In this document: in pieces, positions 14,081 to 29,744 of the stretch
Numbering within the stretch: position 1 is the first letter of the stretch
Layout of the letters: each line of letters begins with the position of its first letter
Source of the DNA: Auanema rhodensis
Lineage: Eukaryota; Animalia; Nematoda
Reading direction: 5' to 3'
Assembly: GCA_964057225.1 (NCBI GenBank)
Contig: CAXKVF010000082.1
Location: 186,001 to 250,000, forward strand
DNA length: 64,000 nt
Position numbers and translations under genes: made by a program
The notes under the pieces: model-generated
Database searches by the model: none
What the model was told of the DNA's origin: nothing
Seen by the model: the letters and a program-made list of their open reading frames with translations, nothing else

Positions 14081-17000
14081 AAGTCATGGTTACCATGAAC
14101 CAATATCAATAAAAATTTGTTTTTAGACTAATATGGACATGGGGAATCTAATTTTGGAAACCGCATCTCTTTATCTTTCACGTGAAGCGAGTTACATACC
14201 AAGTGCACATCACGTGTACATTTAATTAGCATAAATTAAAGTTCACGTAAATTTCAAAGTCATGGTTACCATGCACCAATATCAATAAAAATTTGTTTTT
14301 AGACTAATATGGACATGGGGAATCTAATTTTGAAAACCGCATCTCTTTATCTTTCACGTGAAGCGAGTTACATACCAAGTGCACATCACGTGTACATTTA
14401 ATTAGCATAAATTAAAGTTCACGTAAATTTCAAAGTCATGGTTACCATGAACCAATATCAATAAAAATTTGTTTTTAGACTAATATGGACTTGGGGAATC
14501 TAATTTTGTAAACCGCATCTCTTTATCTTTCACGTGAAGCGAGTTACATACCAAGTGCACATCACGTGTACATTTAATTAGCATAAATTAAAGTTCACGT
14601 AAATTTCAAAGTCATGGTTACCATGAACCTATATCAATAAAAATTTGTTTTTAGACTAATATGGACATGGGGAATCTAATTTTGAAAACCGCATCTCTTT
14701 ATCTTTCACGTGAAGCGAGTTACATACCAAGTGCACATCACGTGTACATTTAATTAGCATAAATTAAAGTTCACGTAAATTTCAAAGTCATGGTTACCAT
14801 GAACCAATATCAATAAAAATTTGTTTTTAGACTAATATGGACATGGGGAATCTAATTTTGAAAACCGCATCTCTTTATCTTTCACGTGAAGCGAGTTACA
14901 TACCAAGTGCACATCACGTGTACATTTAATTAGCATAAATTAAAGTTCACGTAAATTTCAAAGTCATGGTTACCATGAACCAATATCAATAAAAATTTGT
15001 TTTTAGACTAATATGGACATGGGGAATCTAATTTTGGAAACCGCATCTCTTTATCTTTCACGTGAAGCGAGTTACATACCAAGTGCACATCACGTGTACA
15101 TTTAATTAGCATAAATTAAAGTTCACGTAAATTTCAAAGTCATGGTTACCATGAACCAATATCAATAAAAATTTGTTTTTAGACTAATATGGACATGGGG
15201 AATCTAATTTTGAAAACCGCATCTCTTTATCTTTCACGTGAAGCGAGTTACATACCAAGTGCACATCACGTGTACATTTAATTAGCATAAATTAAAGTTC
15301 ACGTAAATTTCAAAGTCATGGTTACCATGAACCTATATCAATAAAAATTTGTTTTTAGACTAATATGGACATGGGGAATCTAATTTTGAAAACCTCATCT
15401 CTTTATCTTTCACGTGAAGCGAGTTACATACCAAGTGCACATCACGTGTACATTTAATTAGAATAAATTAAAGTTCACGTAAATTTCAAAGTCATGGTTA
15501 CCATGAACCAATATCAATAAAAATTTGTTTTTAGACTAATATGGACATGGGGAATCTAATTTTGAAAACCGCATCTCTTTATCTTTCACGTGAAGCGAGT
15601 TACATACCAAGTGCACATCACGTGTACATTTAATTAGCATAAATTAAAGTTCACGTAAATTTCAAAGTCATGGTTACCATGAACCAATATCAATAAAAAT
15701 TTGTTTTTAGACTAATATGGACATGGGGAATCTAATTTTGAAAACCGCATCTCTTTATCTTTCACGTGAAGCGAGTTACATACCAAGTGCACATCACGTG
15801 TACATTTAATTAGCATAAATTAAAGTTCACGTAAATTTCAAAGTCATGGTTACCATGAAGCAATATCAATAAAAATTTGTTTTTAGACTAATATGGACAT
15901 GGGGAATCTAATTTTGAAAACCGCATCTCTTTATCTTTCACGTGAAGCGAGTTACATACCAAGTGCACATCACGTGTACATTTAATTAGCATAAATTAAA
16001 GTTCACGTAAATTTCAAAGTCATGGTTACCATGAACCAATATCAATAAAAATTTGTTTTTAGACTAATATGGACATGGGGAATCTAATTTTGAAAACCGC
16101 ATCTCTTTATCTTTCACGTGAAGCGAGTTACATACCAAGTGCACATCACGTGTACATTTAATTAGCATAAATTAAAGTTCACGTAAAATTCAAAGTCATG
16201 GTTACCATGCACCAATATCAATAAAAATTTGTTTTTAGACTAATATGGACATGTGGAATCTAATTTTGAAAACCGCATCTCTTTATCTTTCACGTGAAGC
16301 GAGTTACATACCAAGTGCACATCACGTGTACATTTAATTAGCATAAATTAAAGTTCACGTAAATTTCAAAGTCATGGTTACCATGAACCAATATCAATAA
16401 AAATTTGTTTTTAGACTAATATGGACATGGGGAATCTAATTTTGGAAACCGCATCTCTTTATCTTTCACGTGAAGCGAGTTACATACCAAGTGCACATCA
16501 CGTGTACATTTAATTAGCATAAATTAAAGTTCACGTAAATTTCAAAGTCATGGTTACCATGAACCAATATCAATAAAAATTTGTTTTTAGACTAATATGG
16601 ACATGGGGAATCTAATTTTGAAAACCGCATCTCTTTATCTTTCACGTGAAGCGAGTTACATACCAAGTGCACATCACGTGTACATTTAATTAGCATAAAT
16701 TAAAGTTCACGTAAATTTCAAAGTCATGGTTACCATGCACCAATATCAATAAAAATTTGTTTTTAGACTAATATGGACATGGGGAATCTAATTTTGAAAA
16801 CCGCATCTCTTTATCTTTCACGTGAAGCGAGTTACATACCAAGTGCACATCACGTGTACATTTAATTAGCATAAATTAAAGTTCACGTAAATTTCAAAGT
16901 CATGGTTACCATGAACCAATATCAATAAAAATTTGTTTTTAGACTAATATGGACATGGGGAATCTAATTTTGAAAACCACATCTCTTTATCTTTCACGTG

Positions 17001-17952
17001 AAGCGAGTTACATACCAAGTGCACATCACGTGTACATTTAATTAGCATAAATTAAAGTTCACGTAAATTTCAAAGTCATGGTTACCATGAACCTATATCA
17101 ATAAAAATTTGTTTTTAGACTAATATGGACATGGGGAATCTAATTTTGAAAACCTCATCTCTTTATCTTTCACGTGAAGCGAGTTACATACCAAGTGCAC
17201 ATCACGTGTACATTTAATTAGCATAAATTAAAGTTCACGTAAATTTCAAAGTCATGGTTACCATGAACCAATATCAATAAAAATTTGTTTTTAGACTAAT
17301 ATGGACATGGGGAATCTAATTTTGAAAACCGCATCTCTTTATCTTTCACGTGAAGCGAGTTACATACCAAGTGCACATCACGTGTACATTCAATTAGCAT
17401 AAATTAAAGTTCACGTAAATTTCAAAGTCATGGTTACCATGAACCAATATCAATAAAAATTTGTTTTTAGACTAATATGGACATGGGGAATCTAATTTTG
17501 AAAACCGCATCTCTTTATCTTTCACGTGAAGCGAGTTACATACCAAGTGCACATCACGTGTAAATTTAATTAGCATAAATTAAAGTTCACGTAAATTTCA
17601 AAGTCATGGTTACCATGAAGCAATATCAATAAAAATTTGTTTTTAGACTAATATGGACATGTGGAATCTAATTTTGAAAACCGCATCTCTTTATCTTTCA
17701 CGTGAAGCGAGTTACATACCAAGTGCACATCACGTGTACATTTAATTAGCATAAATTAAAGTTCACGTAAATTTCAAAGTCATGGTTACCATGAACCAAT
17801 ATCAATAAAAATTTGTTTTTAGACTAATATGGACATGGGGAATCTAATTTTGAAAACCGCATCTCTTTATCTTTCACGTGAAGCGAGTTACATACCAAGT
17901 GCACATCACGTGTACATTTAATTAGCATAAATTAAAGTTCACGTAAATTTCA

Positions 17953-20900
17953 AAGTCATGGTTACCATGAACCAATATCAATAAAAATTTGTTTTTAGAC
18001 TAATATGGACATGGGGAATCTAATTTTGGAAACCGCATCTCTTTATCTTTCACGTAAAGCGAGTTACATACCAAGTGCACATCACGTGTACATTTAATTA
18101 GCATAAATTAAAGTTCACGTAAATTTCAAAGTCATGGTTACCATGAACCAATATCAATAAAAATTTGTTTTTAGACTAATATGGACATGGGGAATCTAAT
18201 TTTGAAAACCGCATCTCTTTATCTTTCACGTGAAGCGAGTTACATACCAAGTGCACATCACGTGTACATTTAATTAGCATAAATTAAAGTTCACGTAAAT
18301 TTCAAAGTCATGGTTACCATGAAGCAATATCAATAAAAATTTGTTTTTAGACTAATATGGACATGGGGAATCTAATTTTGGAAACCGCATCTCTTTATCT
18401 TTCACGTGAAGCGAGTTACATACCAAGTGCACATCACGTGTACATTTAATTAGCATAAATTAAAGTTCACGTAAAATTCAAAGTCATGGTTACCATGCAC
18501 CAATATCAATAAAAATTTGTTTTTAGACTAATATGGACATGGGGAATCTAATTTTGAAAACCGCATGTCTTTATCTTTCACGTGAAGCGAGTTACATACC
18601 AAGTGCACATCACGTGTACATTTAATTAGCATAAATTAAAGTTCACGTAAATTTCAAAGTCATGGTTACCATGAACCAATATCAATAAAAATTTGTTTTT
18701 AGACTAATATGGACATGGGGAATCTAATTTTGGAAACCGCATCTCTTTATCTTTCACGTGAAGCGAGTTACATACCAAGTGCACATCACGTGTACATTTA
18801 ATTAGCATAAATTAAAGTTCACGTAAATTTCAAAGTCATGGTTACCATGAACCAATATCAATAAAAATTTGTTTTTAGACTAATATGGACATGGGGAATC
18901 TAATTTTGGAAACCGCATCTCTTTATCTTTCACGTAAAGCGAGTTACATACCAAGTGCACATCACGTGTACATTTAATTAGCATAAATTAAAGTTCACGT
19001 AAATTTCAAAGTCATGGTTACCATGCACCAATATCAATAAAAATTTGTTTTTAGACTAATATGGACATGGGGAATCTAATTTTGAAAACCGCATGTCTTT
19101 ATCTTTCACGTGAAGCGAGTTACATACCAAGTGCACATCACGTGTACATTTAATTAGCATAAATTAAAGTTCACGTAAATTTCAAAGTCATGGTTACCAT
19201 GAACCAATATCAATAAAAATTTGTTTTTAGACTAATATGGACATGGGGAATCTAATTTTGGAAACCGCATCTCTTTATCTTTCACGTGAAGCGAGTTACA
19301 TACCAAGTGCACATCACGTGTACATTTAATTAGCATAAATTAAAGTTCACGTAAATTTCAAAGTCATGGTTACCATGAACCAATATCAATAAAAATTTGT
19401 TTTTAGACTAATATGGACATGGGGAATCTAATTTTGAAAACCTCATCTCTTTATCTTTCACGTGAAGCGAGTTACATACCAAGTGCACATCACGTGTACA
19501 TTTAATTAGCATAAATTAAAGTTCACGTAAATTTCAAAGTCATGGTTACCATGAAGCAATATCAATAAAAATTTGTTTTTAGACTAATATGGACATGAAG
19601 AATCTAATTTTGAAAACCGCATCTCTTTATCTTTCACGTGAAGCGAGTTACATACCAAGTGCACATCACGTGTACATTTAATTAGCATAAATTAAAGTTC
19701 ACGTAAATTTCAAAGTCATGGTTACCATGAACCAATATCAATAAAAATTTGTTTTTAGACTAATATGGACATGGGGAATCTAATTTTGGAAACCGCATCT
19801 CTTTATCTTTCACGTAAAGCGAGTTACATACCAAGTGCACATCACGTGTACATTTAATTAGCATAAATTAAAGTTCACGTAAATTTCAAAGTCATGGTTA
19901 CCATGCACCAATATCAATAAAAATTTGTTTTTAGACTAATATGGACATGGGGAATCTAATTTTGAAAACCGCATGTCTTTATCTTTCACGTGAAGCGAGT
20001 TACATACCAAGTGCACATCACGTGTACATTTAATTAGCATAAATTAAAGTTCACGTAAATTTCAAAGTCATGGTTACCATGAACCAATATCAATAAAAAT
20101 TTGTTTTTAGACTAATATGGACATGGGGAATCTAATTTTGGAAACCGCATCTCTTTATCTTTCACGTGAAGCGAGTTACATACCAAGTGCACATCACGTG
20201 TACATTTAATTAGCATAAATTAAAGTTCACGTAAATTTCAAAGTCATGGTTACCATGAACCAATATCAATAAAAATTTGTTTTTAGACTAATATGGACAT
20301 GGGGAATCTAATTTTGAAAACCTCATCTCTTTATCTTTCACGTGAAGCGAGTTACATACCAAGTGCACATCACGTGTACATTTAATTAGCATAAATTAAA
20401 GTTCACGTAAATTTCAAAGTCATGGTTACCATGAAGCAATATCAATAAAAATTTGTTTTTAGACTAATATGGACATGGGGAATCTAATTTTGAAAACCGC
20501 ATCTCTTTATCTTTCACGTGAAGCGAGTTACATACCAAGTGCACATCACGTGTACATTTAATTAGCATAAATTAAAGTTCACGTAAAATTCAAAGTCATG
20601 GTTACCATGCACCAATATCAATAAAAATTTGTTTTTAGACTAATATGGACATGGGGAATCTAATTTTGAAAACCGCATGTCTTTATCTTTCACGTGAAGC
20701 GAGTTACATACCAAGTGCACATCACGTGTACATTTAATTAGCATAAATTAAAGTTCACGTAAATTTCAAAGTCATGGTTACCATGAACCAATATCAATAA
20801 AAATTTGTTTTTAGACTAATATGGACATGGGGAATCTAATTTTGGAAACCGCATCTCTTTATCTTTCACGTGAAGCGAGTTACATACCAAGTGCACATCA

Positions 20901-22528
20901 CGTGTACATTTAATTAGCATAAATTAAAGTTCACGTAAATTTCAAAGTCATGGTTACCATGAACCAATATCAATAAAAATTTGTTTTTAGACTAATATGG
21001 ACATGGGGAATCTAATTTTGGAAACCGCATCTCTTTATCTTTCACGTAAAGCGAGTTACATACCAAGTGCACATCACGTGTACATTTAATTAGCATAAAT
21101 TAAAGTTCACGTAAATTTCAAAGTCATGGTTACCATGCACCAATATCAATAAAAATTTGTTTTTAGACTAATATGGACATGGGGAATCTAATTTTGAAAA
21201 CCGCATGTCTTTATCTTTCACGTGAAGCGAGTTACATACCAAGTGCACATCACGTGTACATTTAATTAGCATAAATTAAAGTTCACGTAAATTTCAAAGT
21301 CATGGTTACCATGAACCAATATCAATAAAAATTTGTTTTTAGACTAATATGGACATGGGGAATCTAATTTTGGAAACCGCATCTCTTTATCTTTCACGTG
21401 AAGCGAGTTACATACCAAGTGCACATCACGTGTACATTTAATTAGCATAAATTAAAGTTCACGTAAATTTCAAAGTCATGGTTACCATGAACCAATATCA
21501 ATAAAAATTTGTTTTTAGACTAATATGGACATGGGGAATCTAATTTTGGAAACCGCATCTCTTTATCTTTCACGTAAAGCGAGTTACATACCAAGTGCAC
21601 ATCACGTGTACATTTAATTAGCATAAATTAAAGTTCACGTAAATTTCAAAGTCATGGTTACCATGAACCAATATCAATAAAAATTTGTTTTTAGACTAAT
21701 ATGGACATGGGGAATCTAATTTTGAAAACCGCATCTCTTTATCTTTCACGTGAAGCGAGTTACATACCAAGTGCACATCACGTGTACATTTAATTAGCAT
21801 AAATTAAAGTTCACGTAAATTTCAAAGTCATGGTTACCATGCACCAATATCAATAAAAATTTGTTTTTAGACTAATATGGACATGGGGAATCTAATTTTG
21901 AAAACCGCATCTCTTTATCTTTCACGTGAAGCGAGTTACATACCAAGTGCACATCACGTGTACATTTAATTAGCATAAATTAAAGTTCACGTAAATTTCA
22001 AAGTCATGGTTACCATGAAGCAATATCAATAAAAATTTGTTTTTAGACTAATATGGACATGGGGAATCTAATTTTGAAAACCGCATCTCTTTATCTTTCA
22101 CGTGAAGCGAGTTACATACCAAGTGCACATCACGTGTACATTTAATTAGCATAAATTAAAGTTCACGTAAAATTCAAAGTCATGGTTACCATGCACCAAT
22201 ATCAATAAAAATTTGTTTTTAGACTAATATGGACATGGGGAATCTAATTTTGAAAACCGCATGTCTTTATCTTTCACGTGAAGCGAGTTACATACCAAGT
22301 GCACATCACGTGTACATTTAATTAGCATAAATTAAAGTTCACGTAAATTTCAAAGTCATGGTTACCATGAACCAATATCAATAAAAATTTGTTTTTAGAC
22401 TAATATGGACATGGGGAATCTAATTTTGGAAACCGCATCTCTTTATCTTTCACGTGAAGCGAGTTACATACCAAGTGCACATCACGTGTACATTTAATTA
22501 GCATAAATTAAAGTTCACGTAAATTTCA
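17953..22528. repeat. Local domain built on a 3-monomer higher-order repeat
   Basis: The unit [A18C+C87G][A77G][A77G+G104A] recurs. C87G (M106, 109, 114, 118, 121, 127) and G104A (M103, 108, 113, 120, 123) were seen only in this interval. Confidence 0.82.
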
Positions 22529-25500
22529 AAGTCATGGTTACCATGAACCAATATCAATAAAAATTTGTTTTTAGACTAATATGGACATGGGGAATCTAAT
22601 TTTGAAAACCGCATCTCTTTATCTTTCACGTGAAGCGAGTTACATACCAAGTGCACATCACGTGTACATTTAATTAGCATAAATTAAAGTTCACGTAAAT
22701 TTCAAAGTCATGGTTACCATGCACCAATATCAATAAAAATTTGTTTTTAGACTAATATGGACATGGGGAATCTAATTTTGAAAACCGCATCTCTTTATCT
22801 TTCACGTGAAGCGAGTTACATACCAAGTGCACATCACGTGTACATTTAATTAGCATAAATTAAAGTTCACGTAAATTTCAAAGTCATGGTTACCATGAAC
22901 CTATATCAATAAAAATTTGTTTTTAGACTAATATGGACATGGGGAATCTAATTTTGAAAACCTCATCTCTTTATCTTTCACGTGAAGCGAGTTACATACC
23001 AAGTGCACATCACGTGTACATTTAATTAGCATAAATTAAAGTTCACGTAAATTTCAAAGTCATGGTTACCATGAAGCAATATCAATAAAAATTTGTTTTT
23101 AGACTAATATGGACATGGGGAATCTAATTTTGAAAACCGCATCTCTTTATCTTTCACGTGAAGCGAGTTACATACCAAGTGCACATCACGTGTACATTTA
23201 ATTAGCATAAATTAAAGTTCACGTAAAATTCAAAGTCATGGTTACCATGCACCAATATCAATAAAAATTTGTTTTTAGACTAATATGGACATGTGGAATC
23301 TAATTTTGAAAACCGCATCTCTTTATCTTTCACGTGAAGCGAGTTACATACCAAGTGCACATCACGTGTACATTTAATTAGCATAAATTAAAGTTCACGT
23401 AAATTTCAAAGTCATGGTTACCATGAACCAATATCAATAAAAATTTGTTTTTAGACTAATATGGACATGGGGAATCTAATTTTGGAAACCGCATCTCTTT
23501 ATCTTTCACGTGAAGCGAGTTACATACCAAGTGCACATCACGTGTACATTTAATTAGCATAAATTAAAGTTCACGTAAATTTCAAAGTCATGGTTACCAT
23601 GAACCAATATCTATAAAAATTTGTTTTTAGACTAATATGGACATGGGGAATCTAATTTTGAAAACCGCATCTCTTTATCTTTCACGTGAAGCGAGTTACA
23701 TACCAAGTGCACATCACGTGTACATTTAATTAGCATAAATTAAAGTTCACGTAAATTTCAAAGTCATGGTTACCATGAACCAATATCAATAAAAATTTGT
23801 TTTTAGACTAATATGGACTTGGGGAATCTAATTTTGAAAACCGCATCTCTTTATCTTTCACGTGAAGCGAGTTACATACCAAGTGCACATCACGTGTACA
23901 TTTAATTAGCATAAATTAAAGTTCACGTAAATTTCAAAGTCATGGTTACCATGAACCTATATCAATAAAAATTTGTTTTTAGACTAATATGGACATGGGG
24001 AATCTAATTTTGAAAACCTCATCTCTTTATCTTTCACGTGAAGCGAGTTACATACCAAGTGCACATCACGTGTACATTTAATTAGCATAAATTAAAGTTC
24101 ACGTAAATTTCAAAGTCATGGTTACCATGAACCAATATCAATAAAAATTTGTTTTTAGACTAATATGGACATGGGGAATCTAATTTTGAAAACCGCATCT
24201 CTTTATCTTTCACGTGAAGCGAGTTACATACCAAGTGCACATCACGTGTACATTTAATTAGCATAAATTAAAGTTCACGTAAAATTCAAAGTCATGGTTA
24301 CCATGCACCAATATCAATAAAAATTTGTTTTTAGACTAATATGGACATGTGGAATCTAATTTTGAAAACCGCATCTCTTTATCTTTCACGTGAAGCGAGT
24401 TACATACCAAGTGCACATCACGTGTACATTTAATTAGCATAAATTAAAGTTCACGTAAATTTCAAAGTCATGGTTACCATGAACCAATATCAATAAAAAT
24501 TTGTTTTTAGACTAATATGGACATGGGGAATCTAATTTTGGAAACCGCATCTCTTTATCTTTCACGTGAAGCGAGTTACATACCAAGTGCACATCACGTG
24601 TACATTTAATTAGCATAAATTAAAGTTCACGTAAATTTCAAAGTCATGGTTACCATGAACCAATATCAATAAAAATTTGTTTTTAGACTAATATGGACAT
24701 GGGGAATCTAATTTTGAAAACCGCATCTCTTTATCTTTCACGTGAAGCGAGTTACATACCAAGTGCACATCACGTGTACATTTAATTAGCATAAATTAAA
24801 GTTCACGTAAATTTCAAAGTCATGGTTACCATGCACCAATATCAATAAAAATTTGTTTTTAGACTAATATGGACATGGGGAATCTAATTTTGAAAACCGC
24901 ATCTCTTTATCTTTCACGTGAAGCGAGTTACATACCAAGTGCACATCACGTGTACATTTAATTAGCATAAATTAAAGTTCACGTAAATTTCAAAGTCATG
25001 GTTACCATGAACCAATATCAATAAAAATTTGTTTTTAGACTAATATGGACATGGGGAATCTAATTTTGAAAACCGCATCTCTTTATCTTTCACGTGAAGC
25101 GAGTTACATACCAAGTGCACATCACGTGTACATTTAATTAGCATAAATTAAAGTTCACGTAAATTTCAAAGTCATGGTTACCATGAACCTATATCAATAA
25201 AAATTTGTTTTTAGACTAATATGGACATGTGGAATCTAATTTTGAAAACCGCATCTCTTTATCTTTCACGTGAAGCGAGTTACATATCAAGTGCACATCA
25301 CGTGTACATTTAATTAGCATAAATTAAAGTTCACGTAAATTTCAAAGTCATGGTTATCATGAACCAATATCAATAAAAATTTGTTTTTAGACTAATATGG
25401 ACATGGGGAATCTAATTTTGGAAACCGCATCTCTTTATCTTTCACGTGAAGCGAGTTACATACCAAGTGCACATCACGTGTACATTTAATTAGCATAAAT

Positions 25501-28500
25501 TAAAGTTCACGTAAATTTCAAAGTCATGGTTACCATGAACCAATATCAATAAAAATTTGTTTTTAGACTAATATGGACATGGGGAATCTAATTTTGAAAA
25601 CCGCATCTCTTTATCTTTCACGTGAAGCGAGTTACATACCAAGTGCACATCACGTGTACATTTAATTAGCATAAATTAAAGTTCACGTAAATTTCAAAGT
25701 CATGGTTACCATGCACCAATATCAATAAAAATTTGTTTTTAGACTAATATGGACATGGGGAATCTAATTTTGAAAACCGCATCTCTTTATCTTTCACGTG
25801 AAGCGAGTTACATACCAAGTGCACATCACGTGTACATTTAATTAGCATAAATTAAAGTTCACGTAAATTTCAAAGTCATGGTTACCATGAACCAATATCA
25901 ATAAAAATTTGTTTTTAGACTAATATGGACATGGGGAATCTAATTTTGAAAACCGCATCTCTTTATCTTTCACGTGAAGCGAGTTACATACCAAGTGCAC
26001 ATCACGTGTACATTTAATTAGCATAAATTAAAGTTCACGTAAATTTCAAAGTCATGGTTACCATGAACCAATATCAATAAAAATTTGTTTTTAGACTAAT
26101 ATGGACATGGGGAATCTAATTTTGAAAACCGCATCTCTTTATCTTTCACGTGAAGCGAGTTACATACCAAGTGCACATCACGTGTACATTTAATTAGCAT
26201 AAATTAAAGTTCACGTAAATTTCAAAGTCATGGTTACCATGACCCTATATCAATAAAAATTTGTTTTTAGACTAATATGGACATGGGGAATCTAATTTTG
26301 AAAACCTCATCTCTTTATCTTTCACGTGAAGCGAGTTACATACCAAGTGCACATCACGTGTACATTTAATTAGCATAAATTAAAGTTCACGTAAATTTCA
26401 AAGTCATGGTTACCATGAACCAATATCAATAAAAATTTGTTTTTAGACTAATATGGACATGGGGAATCTAATTTTGAAAACCGCATCTCTTTATCTTTCA
26501 CGTGAAGCGAGTTACATACCAAGTGCACATCACGTGTACATTTAATTAGCATAAATTAAAGTTCACGTAAATTTCAAAGTCATGGTTACCATGAACCTAT
26601 ATCAATAAAAATTTGTTTTTAGACTAATATGGACATGGGGAATCTAATTTTGAAAACCTCATCTCTTTATCTTTCACGTGAAGCGAGTTACATACCAAGT
26701 GCACATCACGTGTACATTTAATTAGCATAAATTAAAGTTCACGTAAATTTCAAAGTCATGGTTACCATGCACCAATATCAATAAAAATTTGTTTTTAGAC
26801 TAATATGGACATGGGGAATCTAATTTTGAAAACCGCATCTCTTTATCTTTCACGTGAAGCGAGTTACATACCAAGTGCACATCACGTGTACATTTAATTA
26901 GCATAAATTAAAGTTCACGTAAATTTCAAAGTCATGGTTACCATGAACCAATATCAATAAAAATTTGTTTTTAGACTAATATGGACATGGGGAATCTAAT
27001 TTTGAAAACCGCATCTCTTTATCTTTCACGTGAAGCGAGTTACATACCAAGTGCACATCACGTGTACATTTAATTAGCATAAATTAAAGTTCACGTAAAT
27101 TTCAAAGTCATGGTTACCATGAACCAATATCAATAAAAATTTGTTTTTAGACTAATATGGACATGGGGAATCTAATTTTGAAAACCGCATCTCTTTATCT
27201 TTCACGTGAAGCGAGTTACATACCAAGTGCACATCACGTGTACATTTAATTAGCATAAATTAAAGTTCACGTAAATTTCAAAGTCATGGTTACCATGACC
27301 CTATATCAATAAAAATTTGTTTTTAGACTAATATGGACATGGGGAATCTAATTTTGAAAACCTCATCTCTTTATCTTTCACGTGAAGCGAGTTACATACC
27401 AAGTGCACATCACGTGTACATTTAATTAGCATAAATTAAAGTTCACGTAAATTTCAAAGTCATGGTTACCATGAACCAATATCAATAAAAATTTGTTTTT
27501 AGACTAATATGGACATGGGGAATCTAATTTTGAAAACCGCATCTCTTTATCTTTCACGTGAAGCGAGTTACATACCAAGTGCACATCACGTGTACATTCA
27601 ATTAGCATAAATTAAAGTTCACGTAAATTTCAAAGTCATGGTTACCATGAACCAATATCAATAAAAATTTGTTTTTAGACTAATATGGACATGGGGAATC
27701 TAATTTTGAAAACCGCATTTCTTTATCTTTCACGTGAAGCGAGTTACATACCAAGTGCACATCACGTGTACATTTAATTAGCATAAATTAAAGTTCACGT
27801 AAATTTCAAAGTCATGGTTACCATGCACCAATATCAATAAAAATTTGTTTTTAGACTAATATGGACATGGGGAATCTAATTTTGAAAACCGCATTTCTTT
27901 ATCTTTCACGTGAAGCGAGTTACATACCAAGTGCATATCACGTGTACATTTAATTAGCATAAATTAAAGTTCACGTAAATTTCAAAGTCATGGTTACCAT
28001 GCACCAATATCAATAAAAATTTGTTTTTAGACTAATATGGACATGGGGAATCTAATTTTGAAAACCGCATCTCTTTATCTTTCACGTGAAGCGAGTTACA
28101 TACCAAGTGCACATCACGTGTACATTTAATTAGCATAAATTAAAGTTCACGTAAATTTCAAAGTCATGGTTACCATGAACCTATATCAATAAAAATTTGT
28201 TTTTAGACTAATATGGACATGGGGAATCTAATTTTGAAAACCGCATCTCTTTATCTTTCACGTGAAGCGAGTTACATACCAAGTGCACATCACGTGTACA
28301 TTTAATTAGCATAAATTAAAGTTCACGTAAATTTCAAAGTCATGGTTACCATGAACCAATATCAATAAAAATTTGTTTTTAGACTAATATGGACATGGGG
28401 AATCTAATTTTGAAAACCGCATCTCTTTATCTTTCACGTGAAGCGAGTTACATACCAAGTGCACATCACGTGTACATTTAATTAGCATAAATTAAAGTTC

Positions 28501-29744
28501 ACGTAAATTTCAAAGTCATGGTTACCATGAACCAATATCAATAAAAATTTGTTTTTAGACTAATATAGACATGGGGAATCTAATTTTGAAAACCGCATCT
28601 CTTTATCTTTCACGTGAAGCGAGTTACATACCAAGTGCACATCACGTGTACATTTAATTAGCATAAATTAAAGTTCACGTAAATTTCAAAGTCATGGTTA
28701 CCATGCACCAATATCAATAAAAATTTGTTTTTAGACTAATATGGACATGGGGAATCTAATTTTGAAAACCGCATCTCTTTATCTTTCACGTGAAGCGAGT
28801 TACATACCAAGTGCACATCACGTGTACATTTAATTAGCATAAATTAAAGTTCACGTAAATTTCAAAGTCATGGTTACCATGAACCAATATCAATAAAAAT
28901 TTGTTTTTAGACTAATATGGACATGGGGAATCTAATTTTGAAAACCGCATCTCTTTATCTTTCACGTGAAGCGAGTTACATACCAAGTGCACATCACGTG
29001 TACATTCAATTAGCATAAATTAAAGTTCACGTAAATTTCAAAGTCATGGTTACCATGCACCAATATCAATAAAAATTTGTTTTTAGACTAATATGGACAT
29101 GGGGAATCTAATTTTGAAAACCGCATCTCTTCATCTTTCACGTGAAGCGAGTTACATACCAAGTGCACATCACGTGTACATTTAATTAGCATAAATTAAA
29201 GTTCACGTAAATTTCAAAGTCATGGTTACCATGAACCAATATCAATAAAAATTTGTTTTTCGACTAATATGGACATGGGGAATCTAATTTTGAAAACCGC
29301 ATCTCTTCATCTTTCACGTGAAGCGAGTTACATACCAAGTGCACATCACGTGTACATTTAATTAGCATAAATTAAAGTTCACTTAAATTTCAAAGTCATG
29401 GTTACCATGCACCAATATCAATAAAAATTTGTTTTTAGACTAATATGGACATGGGGAATCTAATTTTGAAAACCGCATCTCTTCATCTTTCACGTGAAGC
29501 GAGTTACATACCAAGTGCACATCACGTGTACATTTAATTAGCATAAATTAAAGTTCACGTAAATTTCAAAGTCATGGTTACCATGAACCAATATCAATAA
29601 AAATTTGTTTTTCGACTAATATGGACATGGGGAATCTAATTTTGAAAACCGCATCTCTTTATCTTTCACGTGAAGCGAGTTACATACCAAGTGCACATCA
29701 CGTGTACATTTAATTAGCATAAATTAAAGTTCACGTAAATTTCA

